Both the position numbers and the translations under genes were made by a program. Source: Leidyana gryllorum EB-2025a (taxonomy: Eukaryota > Protista > Apicomplexa). Taken from it: a DNA stretch of 64,000 bases. Every line of letters starts with the position of its first letter. The stretch's first letter is position 1. This document shows, piece after piece, positions 10,833 through 23,302 of the stretch. The stretch is taken from NCBI GenBank assembly GCA_048772705.1, contig JBLWGC010000002.1:230729-294728 (forward strand), given 5' to 3'. The notes below the pieces were generated by a model. It saw only the letters and a list, made by a program, of their open reading frames with translations. It was not told the DNA's origin and did not search any database.

Positions 10833-11261
10833 TTGGTGTTTGGGTCGGTTGCTGACGTTGTCCGGCCCCATAATGTCCTTCAAGGTATTCTAGGGTACGG
10901 TAAGTAGCCCTGGATACCGAAAATTTCCCTTTATTTGCCTCCTGTAACGCCGTGTGGAGGTATCCCTACACGGTACCTTGGCGAGGGTACCACAGCGAGA
11001 ACAGCTGCGCCACCACCGCCTGGAAATCCCCGGTTGTGAGGGCCAGGTCCCTCGTCCTCCACAGGGGAAGGTGGTTCCGGAGGTAGGCCTTCTTGGCCTC
11101 CTCATCGGCAATGCCGACGGCGGTCATGTGTTCCTCTAGCTGCGTAAACCAGAGGTCGCAGTCTAGCGGGGTGGATTGCAGAGGCAGTTGTTGAGAATGG
11201 CAGGGTTTCAATAGGTAACAATCCAGCAGTTGTCGCCATTGGTGTTTGGGTCGGTTGCTGA
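10833..11261 (-). mobile_element. Truncated Ty3/gypsy-like LTR retrotransposon relic (LTR end, PBS, gag fragment, LTR end)
   Basis: 23-bp direct repeat ttggtgtttgggtcggttgctga at 10833-10855 and 11239-11261; PBS at 11221-11238. The gag-like peptide DCDLWFTQLEEHMTAVGIADEEAKKAYLRNHLP resembles the WFxQxE...GI.D...K N-terminal motif of Ty3/gypsy Gag. Confidence 0.7.
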
Positions 11262-11587
11262 GTATACTAAAACGGTGTAGCACAGCTTAGCAAACACAGG
11301 AAAAGCGAAACTTGACAAGAAGGGGGTGGGAATGTCGGGTCAGCGACCCTCTGAAAAATGAATGACGATGATTTGTCAGCCCACTGCACCATCTAGTAAA
11401 AGGCGAGATGGTGATAAGCATTAGGTTGACAAAATCGGCGATTTTTGTGTTATATTTGGCGCTGAGGGAATGGACAGAACGGGAGTGTGTGAGTGTTTGA
11501 TTGCGAATGCGAGTAAAATTAGAGACATTCCATCTAAGTAATCCTCTGTTTCCACTATCCAATTAGTTTTACCGTGAATTAAGCATC

Positions 11588-12657
11588 ATGAGCGTTCCTG
11601 TGGTTGAATTGAACAATGGTGTGTTTCTCCCTGTTATGAGTTTGGGAACGTATCGCATGTTCAACGGTGACGGTACCGTTGAGCCGGCAATCAAGAGCGC
11701 TATCGAACTTGGATATCACGCGACAGACACCGCTCAATACTACAACAACGAACAAGACATTGCTGCTGCTGTAAACGCTCATGGAACCACTCGTGAAGTA
11801 GAGATGCCGGTGGTAAAGGATCACCTCGACCACGTGCGGTGGATCAGCGAGAAGGAGTGGGCTGACAATCGCGCTGTGCCTCACGGATTCCAGCCGAAGA
11901 GCAAAATCTTCGTAACTACTAAAGTTTGGGCATCGAACTTTACCACCGAGGGAGTCAAAGCCTGGGTTGATGAGCACACGGCTCTGTACGGTGGTGAAGG
12001 CGACCTGGTGATCCTTCACTGGCCGGGTTTCCCGATCTCTCCGGACGTGCCGGAGGTAAGAATGCAGATTTACGGCACTGTTTGACTTTGTGTTGATAGG
12101 AAGGTGGATTGGGTGTTAAGGACAACTGTTTCGAAACACGCCTCACAGCCTGGAAGGCACTGGAAGAGGCTTATCACGCCAAGAAAGTCCGGGCCATTGG
12201 TGTGTCGAACTTTATGTACAAACATCTCAAGCCGCTGTTGGAAGATATTGAAGCTCGCAAGGCTTCCGGCTGCCCCAAGGCCACATTCCCGGTGTGCAAC
12301 CAGTGCGAGTTCTCGCCCCTGTTGGGCTGGGAGCCGGAACTGGTCAGTCTGATGAAGGAATATAAAATCATTGGGACAGCCTACAGTCCACTGTGCCTCA
12401 ACAAACCGGATTTGATGGAGAACGAAATGATGCTTGAGCTTTCGAAGAAGTATCAAAAGCCCATTTCTGTGCTCGCTCTCCGTTTCTGCTTGCAGAGTGG
12501 TTTGTGCGCGCTCCCAAAGAGCGCATCTGCGACTAATCAAAAGAAGAATCTTGAAGCACTCTGTGTCGCCATTGACGATGAAGATATGAACCGTATCCGC
12601 GAATTGCAAAAGAAGTCTAACATAAGATACTGTCCCGACCCTTTCGCCATTAATTGA
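11588..12657 (+). CDS. Aldo-keto reductase (2 exons; intron 12056-12099)
   Basis: VELNNGVFLPVMSLGT, DTAQYYNNE, IFVTTKVW, DLVILHWP, AIGVSNF, NQCEFSP, AYSPL, LPKS. A 44-nt GTAAG...TAG intron joins the two ORFs in frame. Confidence 0.95.
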
Positions 12658-12685
12658 AGTTATAATCGAAAGAATTTCCCGTTAA

Positions 12686-14932
12686 TTAGCTCCGATGCCA
12701 TATTCGTTGGTACCAAGGTACCGCTCCAACGGCTGGTGTATTCGGCACGGCTTGTGGAGCTGATTGACACGCATTTGGTGCAAATTGACGCGACCTCTGT
12801 TGCTGTTGCTGTTGTTGCAGTCGGAACAGATTTTGTGAAGCAGTGACCATCTGAACATATTGTTGCTTTCTAATACCCTCATTGTGTGACAGCCACGCCG
12901 CAGCCGCCCCGCCCGGCGCCTCCACCAACTTTTGTTGGTGCTGTCGCAATAATATATCGCTCGGCTTTTCGCCTCCCAACTGGCCGCCTCCCCCCAGCGC
13001 AGACGGCACCGCCAGATAGTACTGAGCGCTTTGTGGTGTCTGCTTTCCGGGCGCTGGGATCAACTTTTGTGCTGCCCACTGTTGGGATCCATAGGGAGAC
13101 AAATGCGAATGAAGCATTGACAGTGGGGGACCTATTGTCGGAGGGGGGGCGGGCACAAAGGACACTCCAGGAGGAGGCGGGGGCGCAAACGACACTCCGC
13201 TGCCGGTGTTGGGCTTCCCACTGTCCACCGGACTCGTGCCCGGTGGCTGACCACTCCGCATTTGACTCATCCTGCTGTAACTCCCTCCCCCGTGTTTGTC
13301 GTGTGTGGGCCGCAATCCAATCAAATGTCGCGGCTGCGACGCTGTTCTCGTCTTCTGCGGGACGACACCTCTCCCGTTGACCTCTAACGGATGACGGACC
13401 CTCGCCGGGAGCGTCGCCAGAGAGGCCGGGGAGTTGGTGGCGTCTGTTACCGTCCAGGACGCTCGAGCTTCGAGTACGCCACCAGGAGTGCGCGCCCGAC
13501 TGACCACCGGGCGGCTTTGGGAGCGGCGGCTGATCTGTACCCATCCCGGTGCCGCGGCAGTCTGGGACACAGTCGCTGAAGGACGCGGCACCTGAATGGT
13601 ACGGGATGGGCGCTGATGCATTTCTTTGAGGGTGGCCGCTACAGTGTTTGGCATAATGGTTTGTCGCCGGGTGTCGTGTAACGTGGGTGGATTGGAAGGC
13701 GAGCGCGGGAGGGGGTTCACATTGGGAGTGGTTCTGGGCTGATAGGACGGGCGGACAGTATTCCGGGTGACGTTAGGCCGTGGATTCAACTTGGAGGGTG
13801 AGGGAGGCTTCTCCACCGTCAGAAGGGTAGATCGCGGATTGAGCCGCTGAGGGGACGCCGGTTTCTTCTTCTCTGTTGTCAGAAACGAAGTTCGTAGTGG
13901 ATAAGTGGAGGTGGTGGCGGTTGGTGGGCGAGTGTGTGTGCTAAGAGTGGGAAGCATTGTTCTGCGGTAGAGATTTCGTGTGTTGGCGGTCGGGGAGGGG
14001 CGTCGAGTTCTATCGGGTTCTGGTGCTAAAGTTCGCTCGGCTATTATCGCGGAAGGGCGGAGTGTCTCATTGATATAGCGACTCCGAATCGAAGGAGTAT
14101 TGGACTGTTTCCGGAAACTGGGGACTCTGCTGGTGGACGCCCGGGAGGCCGAGGATCTCTGTTGGGGTTCACTGCGCCGGCTGATATTGGATAGTGACGG
14201 GAGTCGCGAGAAGGATCGGGTGGCAGCAGGCGGCTGATCTTTGCGTTTGAGCAGACTTGAGGCTGTGGGTCGGGCGAAGGAGGGAGCACTTGTGACTGCT
14301 GTTTGTCCCCGGCCGTTTCTGGCTGTGGGTGAGGGGCTTTGTGCGGCAGATTTTTGCTTTAAGCTCTCAAGACGGTCGTGTAATTCGACAGATTCAGTGC
14401 GAAGGGGCAGAACTTTGATGGGTTTTGAGGGCTGTTGTTGCTGTTTGGTCTGATCGTCGGCGGCATTCGCTTGTGGGGGTTTTGGGGCCGGCGGCTCTTC
14501 GGCGGCCTCCAGGAGCTTCTCCATGGCGGCTTTGCGTTCCTGTTCCTGATAGGCGTGATAGTGCGGCCGCGGTGTGGTGACACACCGCCTTCTACGACGA
14601 GTTGTGTCTTTTAAGAGTTGCTGCAGTTTGTTGAGTTCCTCCAGGATGGCTTCAGTTCGTTCATCGATATCATTGTTGGAGGAAGAAGATGACTGGGTGC
14701 GTTGGCGAGGCGGGGCTGCTGCCACTTTGGGGGGCACACGGAGCGCGGGTTTGACTGCTTGGGGCTGTTGGGGAGGCGCGGGGATAATGTCCTCAAGACT
14801 CTCAACAGGGCTGGGCTTGAGATAGTTGTGAACTGAGTTGCGATCTTCGTCGAAACAAACAGATTTGACTGAACCAACAGTCAGCCGGCTTGGCGATGCT
14901 GTGTGCTGCCCTCCACCTCTTTCAAAATTCAT
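12686..14932 (-). CDS. Hypothetical low-complexity (P/S/R/T/Q-rich) 748-aa protein
   Basis: Long ATG-initiated ORF, disordered composition, short coiled-coil-like segment. Confidence 0.7.
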   Translation of the reverse strand: MNFERGGGQHTASPSRLTVGSVKSVCFDEDRNSVHNYLKPSPVESLEDIIPAPPQQPQAVKPALRVPPKVAAAPPRQRTQSSSSSNNDIDERTEAILEELNKLQQLLKDTTRRRRRCVTTPRPHYHAYQEQERKAAMEKLLEAAEEPPAPKPPQANAADDQTKQQQQPSKPIKVLPLRTESVELHDRLESLKQKSAAQSPSPTARNGRGQTAVTSAPSFARPTASSLLKRKDQPPAATRSFSRLPSLSNISRRSEPQQRSSASRASTSRVPSFRKQSNTPSIRSRYINETLRPSAIIAERTLAPEPDRTRRPSPTANTRNLYRRTMLPTLSTHTRPPTATTSTYPLRTSFLTTEKKKPASPQRLNPRSTLLTVEKPPSPSKLNPRPNVTRNTVRPSYQPRTTPNVNPLPRSPSNPPTLHDTRRQTIMPNTVAATLKEMHQRPSRTIQVPRPSATVSQTAAAPGWVQISRRSQSRPVVSRARTPGGVLEARASWTVTDATNSPASLATLPARVRHPLEVNGRGVVPQKTRTASQPRHLIGLRPTHDKHGGGSYSRMSQMRSGQPPGTSPVDSGKPNTGSGVSFAPPPPPGVSFVPAPPPTIGPPLSMLHSHLSPYGSQQWAAQKLIPAPGKQTPQSAQYYLAVPSALGGGGQLGGEKPSDILLRQHQQKLVEAPGGAAAAWLSHNEGIRKQQYVQMVTASQNLFRLQQQQQQQRSRQFAPNACQSAPQAVPNTPAVGAVPWYQRIWHRS

Positions 14933-14972
14933 TGGTCCGTCTCACATGCACACATGCACTGAGTAGGCACTG

Positions 14973-16961
14973 ATGGGAATCAAAGGCTTACTGCCGGCAC
15001 TGGCGGGCATAAAGGTGGGCCTTTGTCTATGAGGGGAGTCCATACCAATTCTTCCTGCAGAAAGAGCGAAATGTACGACATTATGCCGGAGGCAAAGCCG
15101 CCATAGATGGCTTCGCCTGGCTGCATAGAGCGGCCTTCACCTCAGTACAGGAGGTCGTCTTCGGCGGCAACACCACCAGACCCGTCGACTTTTGCATCAA
15201 ACGAGCCGACATGCTCCGAGCCTGTAATGTTGAACCCGTATTTGTGTTCGATGGCGCAAGCCTACCCAGTAAAGCCGCCACAAATGCCGCCAGACGCCAA
15301 GCACGAGCTGAGGCCCGCAATCACGCACAACGACTAATGGATGAGGGCAGAAAGTCAGAAGCTCGCAAAGTATTGGGCCAGGCTATCTCTATCAAGCAGG
15401 AACTCGTTACCGCTCTTATCAAAGCATCCAGAGCCAATGACATTGAATGTATTGTCGCGCCATACGAAGCTGACGCTCAACTTGGCTATCTCTCACATAT
15501 AGACTACGTACAAATCGTTATCAGTGAAGATTCTGATCTCCTCCTATACGGCTGTAAAGAGGTCCTCTTCAAACTCGACGATGCCGGCAACGGTATCGCC
15601 ATATCTGCCGCTGATCTCCCTCAAGCGGGTATATTCCCACCCGATCGCTTCACGCGAGACGCTCTCATCGTACTCTGCTGCTTGGCCGGATGCGATTACG
15701 TTGACGGCGCCAAAGGGGTCGGCATCAAGAAAGGGGCCAAGTTTGTCAGTAAAGTCTTCGGAGGCCTCAAAGAATCAGATTGGGATCACACCCTCGACGA
15801 CAAGGAGAATACTGACCCCAATCTGAATGCTGACCCTCCGAGCCCCGTACGCAAGGAACCCACCACCCCCTCACATAGACTCAAACTTCTCACAACGGAG
15901 CTCAAAGCCACCGGCTTCGAAGTCCCCGAGACATACCATGAAGATCTAAAGCGTGCACTATATACTTTCAAATATCAAACTGTCTTTGACCCTCGATCAG
16001 TAAGTCCGTCGTCTATTCAACGAACACACACGTGTGTGGTGCGACATGTCAATCCTTTGTGAAACTGTGATATGATATTGGTTGAGTAAATTGTCTCAAC
16101 TCGCTGCAGCAACGATTGACACGGCGATTTCCTTTGCCCGACAATGTGTCGGAGCAATTGGCGGATTTCATTGGCCCCATGATTGACTGCGAGGAAGCAA
16201 TCAAGTTGTGTAGGGGCGACATCAATCCTCATACTCGAGAACCCACCGGGCTCGAGGATGTCCCGATAGTTAGTAACGAAGCGAAGCGAGCGCCGAAGCC
16301 GCGCACTTGGCTCGACCAGCTGGGAGCTTCCAAGAAAGCTCAAGCAGCAACAAGCAACAGCAGCAGCAAGTACTCAAATGCGGCCTCTAAGTTCACGAAA
16401 GGCCACCGCCGGACTCCGGCCACTCAACAGACCGGATCTCCGCCCCAATCTTCCGACATCGTCGCCGTTGGGCCTCGCAGCCGAAAGCGTGCGAGGACAA
16501 CGAGGTCTCCTATCCGACTGACACAGGGGTCTGGGGCCCACTCGGCTCCGTCACCACGCGATTTGGAGTCAGAGCCCGCCGCCTCGAAGCCACGGGCGCG
16601 GGTTACAGGGATTGTGACTATGAAGGATCTACAGCCTCAGTCATCCAGCACTGCAACGAGTGGGACAGCTACGACGTTACCCAGTATCAGCGACAGACTG
16701 TCGAATCTACACAGTTTTGCTGAAGCGACGATGTCTCAGAGGTCTCAAAGGCCGGCAAGTCAGAGGCCAGCGTGTCCGGGACGGAAGCGCAAGCGATCGC
16801 CGAGCAATAGTCCGGCGGTTGACGATTGCACACCAAAGAGTGGTGCTTCGTTGGAGGAGATTGGGAGCACTCTATCGTCGCTTCCCACCACTGTAGAGCC
16901 GAAAACACTGGGCAATATGTTCTCTGCGAAATTGGACAGCTTTCGGTCATCGATTTGCTAA
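14973..16961 (+). CDS. EXO1: Exonuclease 1 (XPG/RAD2 family); introns 15015-15060 and 16000-16109
   Basis: MGIKGLLP...AIDGFAWLHRA, FVFDG, APYEADAQL, SEDSDLL, LAGCDY, GVGIKK, FKYQTVFDP. Both introns restore frame. Confidence 0.95.
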
Positions 16962-17047
16962 GGTGCGGCACGACACGTTATTGGAGATTGGTTCTTTGTA
17001 GTAGTGGGTGGGTCAGGCTTTAGCAGGTTTATGTGTCATCAAAAAGC

Positions 17048-17491
17048 TCAGAAGAAGAAACCAATGATTTTGCCACCAGTGTGCTTCCTCTTAGCCTCTT
17101 CGTGGTCCATAATGCCGTAAGTGGTAGTGAGGACAACGTGGCCGAATTGACGAGACGGCAAAAGGTTAGAGGTGACTTGCTCAAGGTCCTTGATGGGCAC
17201 ATCGTAGCGGGGAGAGATGACGGCACACTTGTTGATGCGACCCAAAAGGTTCACAACAATCTTTCCGGCTCTCTTGTCATCGATGATCTCGAATTCGCCA
17301 ATGTAACCTGTTCAGGGGAAAGTGTATCATCGAGCGCACACAAACCAATGTTCCTTACCCTTCTTCTGCATGACAGTCAGGAAGTGGATGATGACCTTCG
17401 AAGAAGGACGGATCATCACCTGTCTCTTGGCGGCCTTCTCGGCGTTAACGATTGCCTTCAAGGCATCAGCCAACACATTCATACGCACCAT
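17048..17491 (-). CDS. RPS15A: 40S ribosomal protein S15a (uS8); intron 17308-17358
   Basis: [19 protein letters not shown]...RPSSKVI...GYIGEF...[12 protein letters not shown]...LLPSRQFG...GGKIIGFFF. Confidence 0.98.
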
Positions 17492-17637
17492 GGTGTTTAC
17501 TGCAATCCAATTATCAACCGATCCCACCAATACTCCTTACCTTCTGGCTCGGCCTGCCACCCGCGAAACGCAAAATAAATGCACAGAACACCCTAAAAAA
17601 AATCACATTGTTTTCACACTGTTTCGTCTCACTCCGC

Positions 17638-19268
17638 ATGCCTCGTTCCTGCTGCATGTTCAACTGGCACTGAGTGCTAATGCTGCCCTGCACTCGTCTT
17701 GTGTCCCTCATCTTTCTCCTAATCCATGTACACCGAATAAGAGCAGCCAAACCTCTCACACCTGCTGAAGTCACCAAGTCATTTCCTGACCGCCCAGATA
17801 TTCGTGCCCATGCCACTCCTGCCATCCCGCCCTTAAATGGGGCGCCTCCCATATTCAACTCGCCCGCCAAAATCGTGAGTCCTCAAACCACACCTCAAGA
17901 AATCCCATCCAGATGGAAGGCCTCACCACTATATATGCAATCCTCAATAATTGGGTCGCCAAATGGATACCCCCTCAACCTGTTCTCCCACACTACAAAC
18001 ACGTCTGGTCCCAGAACGCAGCCATAGGTTCAAAAGCCTCCTCCGTCCGCGACGAACTCAAAAAGAAAGCTGGACTTTGGGGGTCGGTCATCACACAGAT
18101 CACAGACTTAGGCTGCCGAGACAACATTGCTGCCAAACCGGAACTATTCGGCACAAAAGGAGGTGACAAACAGCAGTCACCCCCCGGCTATCCCACATGT
18201 GCCATCAAGTGAGTCGTATCAGCATCACCACCAGCACCACTACTAAACCCACAGCTTCTATAAAACCCTAAACGACGAGGGCAGAGAGCAGCTCGGCCGC
18301 GCACTTCGAGACTTAGCCACTCGCGCAGACACCCACAAAATCTTCAACAATCACCTCTGTCCCTTGTACGCCTACAAATTCGAATTGCCAAAAGAATTCT
18401 GCCCGCTGGTCGCTGATCTCCTCAAGGCTCTGCCCGCTGCCGTAGATGTAGCCGACTCCGCACAGTTCGCAGAGACCGCTGCTTGGGGTGACGAAAAGGG
18501 CGCCATGTGGCTCGCCCTCAACAGCAGAGTGGCACGCATTTCAGACACAGAAAGCTGGGCGAAAGCTCATGAACCTCAATTGCCAGAGGCAGTCAAACAG
18601 AAACTGCTCGCACAGGGATATTCAGAGGCAGACATATCTGGAGGGGGCCGAAAAACCGCCCGCGAGATCTACCAGCGCCTTGGTTATCAGGTAAGGCTTC
18701 ACACAAAGCTCTCAGCAATTTGTTCGGCAGCCCACCGGTAGCTGGACAGACTTTATGGCGAAGCGTCGGGAAGAATTAAAAGCGAAACCAGTCAAGGAAC
18801 GGGCGGCTGGCCTGACAGAGCTATTGGACCTGGCCAGATATAGAGATCAAGCTTTAACAACTCTCCGGTTCGTGAACGGGGTCAAAAATGTCGTTGCTCG
18901 CAGCTTATACGAGCATTGGGATAATCATCAGTCTCACCGATGGCGTTACGCAACGCCACTCCTTCTGCATATCCTTCTCGAAGGCGATAGTATCCTTAGA
19001 GTGAACAGTGATGCGGGTAATTGATTCCATCAGAATCCAAGATTACGAGGGAAGAATTCGTGTACCGATTCGCCTGCACAAAGAAGAGAAAGGCAATATA
19101 ACCAAGCAACCCAAGTTTTCTCACATCTTCCTAGGTTGCAGTAACCAGAGCAACACGTATAACGATAATTGCACCGTCCACCATCACCTGTACACTGAAC
19201 GTGCCCCACTTGACCCAAATAGGTGCTCTTCCCCCGCCAGTCTTGCCAGTGGTATGAACGCAAGGTAG
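17638..19268 (+). CDS. Hypothetical multi-exon gene (boundaries approximate)
   Basis: Successive + strand ORFs (17913, 18364, 18755, 19008), some separated by short GT...AG segments (e.g. near 18210-18254 and 18691). No family recognised. Confidence 0.45.
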
Positions 19269-19425
19269 GATTCTTTGGGAAGGTTGCTGGATAAGCGTCG
19301 TCAATCACTACAGGCAGAAAAGGCCACCTGGAGCTCAGTGACCCAGCAACCCCACCCAAGGAAGTTCCCAGCCCCAATTGACCTGATCGAGTGAAAAGTA
19401 GCATTGCCGGACCTCATCACCTACC

Positions 19426-21073
19426 ATGAACGAGGGTAGGAGCGCCGATAATCAAACCTACAACAAAGACCTTCATCACACGTGTGCGGAAGCCAGTGTG
19501 TCTCCGTGGGTACAGCATCAAGCAGTGCCATGGTGTGTTTTGGCGCTTGCCCTCGGCCTAGCAGGATGGCTACTGGCATCTTTAGTGCTGCCGTTGGTAG
19601 CGGCGTTCATCTTGTGCGTTCCGCTGTTACCCTGCCGCGATGATGCTCAAAAGGGTGATCTGAGTTGGCGATCTAGTTTGAAGTATGCCTGGATCAATGC
19701 TCGGAAACGTTCGGTACTCAAGAAGCGTAGATCTATGACACTGCTGAGTGTTGCTGTTCAAGCTTTCCTTGCGTGTGTGTTGGCTCACTGCCTTCTTCCA
19801 CAATGGTGGCACGGCCTAATTCGCGTGTTGTGTGTGCTACCTCTCGCCAAGGAACTCGAGCATGGGTATCATCTGATGACAGATCTGCTGGGGGGAATCC
19901 GATGGCGACCGACGGGATCATATGCGACACGTTCTGTGGTGGTATGTATGGAAAGTGTGTGTGGTCTTACTTGACCCCCTGCCAGGTCTTAAGTCTATTG
20001 GGTGCCGTAGGTGGTCTTGCCACCGCAGTATTGATGGGGCTGGTGATCTTAGAAGTATGGAACATATCGGACGATCGAGTACCCGGTCATACCGGACCCA
20101 TGACTAAATACGCTGAGTGGACGGAGACAGCTGTTTCCCAAACGCCTTGGCGACTATTGAGTATCGAGTCGAGTCAAGACTTGAGCACGGTAGCTGTAGA
20201 TATTCGCACTGCGCTATTTGGCGCGGTTGGAAGTATTTGTACTGCGCTCACAGCTATCTATTATATACTATGTGCCCAGCGAACGCCTTGGGACTACGTG
20301 CAGATGGTGAGAGGAGGAGAGGAATCTGCTGAGATAATGTTGTGTGGTGAACAGGCAGGAGAAGTCGCGAAATTACCCAATCTAACAGATCGATTACAGA
20401 AGGGTGTGACAAGCGTCCTCAAATGCACTGCAGAGCGCGTAACTGTTTATGGGTACGCAAGTCAGGGCTTGTTGGAGGGAATGATCGCTCCTATTTCAGA
20501 CTCGCAGGTTTCTGTGTGGCAATTTTAATCGGTTGGCCTACACCCTTTTTGTATGGTGTGATTAGTGCCTGGCTCGGACTCACTCTGGCTGTGCCCCCAG
20601 AAGGTTTTTTTCTGATTACTGCTTGGAGAGAATGTGACAGTGCGACATTATTGAATGTCGTCGTACTGGCGATAATTACTATTTACAGTGTGTAAGTTTA
20701 TGTTTATGTGTCACACATCGGACAACGTTGGATACGGGAGTGTGTGTGCGCTGTGTTGTGTCATAGTACCGCTCTGATGCTTCCCTGCAGCATTTCGTTT
20801 TGGTATGTTCCCATTTTGATTCACTCCAAGAGTGGGCATTTGAACCCGTATTTGTTCGCTTTGCTGTTGGTGGCTGGGGGTCGCGAAATGGGCCTTCCTG
20901 GCGTGATCATTGCGCCATGCTTGGGTTTGGTGCCCACAGAGCTTCTGGAAGCGACTTGGGCGAGCATTCCCTTGAGCAGGACGCATCTCAGTCCGATGCC
21001 GGAACGGACCCCCTGTGGTTCACGTATGTCAACCCAGACCCCCGCTACACCAGCGGAGCACAAAGAAGAGTGA
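19426..21073 (+). CDS. TMEM245/AI-2E-like multi-pass membrane protein (multi-exon)
   Basis: Many hydrophobic helices. C-terminal GHLNPYLFALLLVAGGREMGLPGVIIAPCLG resembles the TMEM245 motif HPYLTGLAVAGG...GLEGAIIGP. Introns near 19942-19985, 20453-20499 and 20692-20790. Confidence 0.7.
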
Positions 21074-21118
21074 TAAGGTTTTCCGAAAGTGAGTCCCAGA
21101 GGCTGTTAGAGGTGGCTA

Positions 21119-23302
21119 ATGCTGCTGTCCATCCCTAGCGAGGTATTGAGGGAGCTAGTGGCTTTTCTGGCTCCATCCGAAGTATGTTTGAAGATTGCCC
21201 CACTATGCCGTGCTGGTAGGCACTTTGTGGATCAGCTGTACTGGCCCCTGTACTTGGACATTGTTTGCGATGATTTAATTCGTATCACGCGGCCCATTCT
21301 GGCGCTCCCTCCCTTACATGACAACATAGTTGGACCTATCCAGCCACAACCGCACAATATCTGGTTTTTGCATGTTCAATGCGAGAAACGTCGACGATGG
21401 CACCGACGTCGGCTGGGTGATTGCGATTCGGACGCAGATGGCAGCGAAGCGCCCAGAAGTTTGGCCCAATCCACTCAACCGGCCGATCCACACTGCCCTT
21501 TCACGCAGTTACGCAGTATGGCGAGGGACACTTTTGTCTACATGACTCTCTCACAGCCGCCCCGCGATATGCCAGGATGGTTGGTCAGAGCTCTCAAACA
21601 CGTTCGCAGTCTCACCTATATGGGAGCTGATCGTCCCTTCCGCCACAGCCTTTTAGCGCGGCAGCTCTTCGGTCAAGCTCAGACCCCTTCATCATCATCG
21701 AAACCCTCCTCTTCCCCCATACACGAACATTTGTCCCTCTTGGATTATTTTCAGGTGCTGTTCGCAAATCATGGCAGTCTCGTCACCTTCCATCTTGAAT
21801 GCTCTGCCAAGTTCAGCAGCTTCATCAACGGACCTGAAATCCCGCGCTGTCCGCGCTCCCTTTTGGTGGATAAGGATCTCGCAAGTTATCCTGTAGGTTC
21901 CTCGACACGCAGCAGTGAACAGAGCTTGGACGGCTCAGGACACCTCTTGGGATTAGAGAATGAAATCCACTGGGAGTGCTGGACGCGCCTGTTGAATCAG
22001 ACGGTCCGTCAGTGGAAAGGTGATTTTACTGAGCTCAGAACAGCGAATCTGAGCGGGTCCTATCTGCCCGCCGCCTTGGCCATTCTCAGCTCCGTTGGCG
22101 CTCGCTTCCCCAAACTCAAGAAGCTCACCATCAGAGGAGTGATAGCTATCGGGAAGTTTGGACTGGAAACCCTCAGGCAGATCGCCGCTTGCCCGACACC
22201 TCCCTCAGACGAAGAAAGCGACGGAATACCGGCCAATCCCCCAACATGGTGGCTACAGGATGTGCTCGCCGCACTGTTACTCGCAAATGACCCCTTTCGC
22301 TGTGTCAGTGTGGTCCAGGACAGGGCGACTATAACGGACAGAACTTGGTACTGGGCGAAGAAGCTGACTCAGTTCTTCACACAGAAGAATTTCCCCGTTC
22401 TCGAGGAGCTGGTACTGCACGTGGGTCACGCCAGCCCCGAAAGACGCCTCTGGTGGTCGCTACTGATGGCCGACCTCTTCCTGTCAGACACACTCAGAAC
22501 ATTGGAGTTCGACTGTTCAGCCGAAAGTTTGACCCGCGCAGTGGCTCCGAGTGAGCACCCCTGGCCAGACGGACCCCCCAACGTGTCAAACCTGGGCATT
22601 CTCAGTTCTCTCACTGTACCCACGTGCAGATTCCCGAAATTGAAGGTCATTAGGCTGGCAATTGCTTACAGTGTGTTGGATCTGGCGCGAGTTCAGCGAC
22701 AACTAAATGAAGCATTGGCAAATCCAAACATCACAATCCAAGTCCGAAGACTTCACCTATTCGTACTTTCAAGGGACTTGAACGCACAAGCTGACCTTTT
22801 CGAGCGATGGGAGGAAGAGCAACGCAACCTGATGCCTTTCGCTGAAACTGTCAGCATGTTCCCCTCAGGAGGAGTGCTGGAATTGGATTTCTCAGAAACG
22901 CCTCCAATGACACCTAGACATGCTCGCAACAATTGCTTGACCCCCAGATCAGCTTGGAATCCGGACGACGCAAGTGATTTTCCCCTACGCTTTGGCAATA
23001 TACGAAAACTTCACTTGGTGAATCTGGTACCCGGATCCAAGGCTCATCGTAAAATCTTGTCCCGACTCTGCTTTGATGGGTCCGTCCTTGAGACAGTGTC
23101 AGTGAGATGTGCCGAGAACAGCTGTGGCGAAGATCCCCCCTTTTGCGCGGAACAATTCCTTCGGCAACTTCCTTCGTTCTCGAACAAGGATATACAAATC
23201 ACTAGGCCAAAATATACCCTGACTCCCAGCGCCCATCCCTTTGATAATCCAGCGAGCTCAAAAAATGCGCATTCGAGGGTCGGGAGAGGGCAGTTTTCGT
23301 GA
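21119..23302 (+). CDS. F-box protein with degenerate LRR-like body
   Basis: N-terminus LLSIPSEVLRELVAFLAPSEVCLKIAPLCR fits F-box consensus. Repeated FPxLxxLxI segments (FPKLKKLTI, FPVLEELVL, FPKLKVIRL). Confidence 0.72.
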   Translation: MLLSIPSEVLRELVAFLAPSEVCLKIAPLCRAGRHFVDQLYWPLYLDIVCDDLIRITRPILALPPLHDNIVGPIQPQPHNIWFLHVQCEKRRRWHRRRLGDCDSDADGSEAPRSLAQSTQPADPHCPFTQLRSMARDTFVYMTLSQPPRDMPGWLVRALKHVRSLTYMGADRPFRHSLLARQLFGQAQTPSSSSKPSSSPIHEHLSLLDYFQVLFANHGSLVTFHLECSAKFSSFINGPEIPRCPRSLLVDKDLASYPVGSSTRSSEQSLDGSGHLLGLENEIHWECWTRLLNQTVRQWKGDFTELRTANLSGSYLPAALAILSSVGARFPKLKKLTIRGVIAIGKFGLETLRQIAACPTPPSDEESDGIPANPPTWWLQDVLAALLLANDPFRCVSVVQDRATITDRTWYWAKKLTQFFTQKNFPVLEELVLHVGHASPERRLWWSLLMADLFLSDTLRTLEFDCSAESLTRAVAPSEHPWPDGPPNVSNLGILSSLTVPTCRFPKLKVIRLAIAYSVLDLARVQRQLNEALANPNITIQVRRLHLFVLSRDLNAQADLFERWEEEQRNLMPFAETVSMFPSGGVLELDFSETPPMTPRHARNNCLTPRSAWNPDDASDFPLRFGNIRKLHLVNLVPGSKAHRKILSRLCFDGSVLETVSVRCAENSCGEDPPFCAEQFLRQLPSFSNKDIQITRPKYTLTPSAHPFDNPASSKNAHSRVGRGQFS

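Noticed and set aside
10833-11261. CRISPR-like repeats
   Set aside because: Only two copies about 400 bp apart, eukaryotic context, no cas genes.
17033-17578. 181-aa + ORF
   Set aside because: Antisense to RPS15A.
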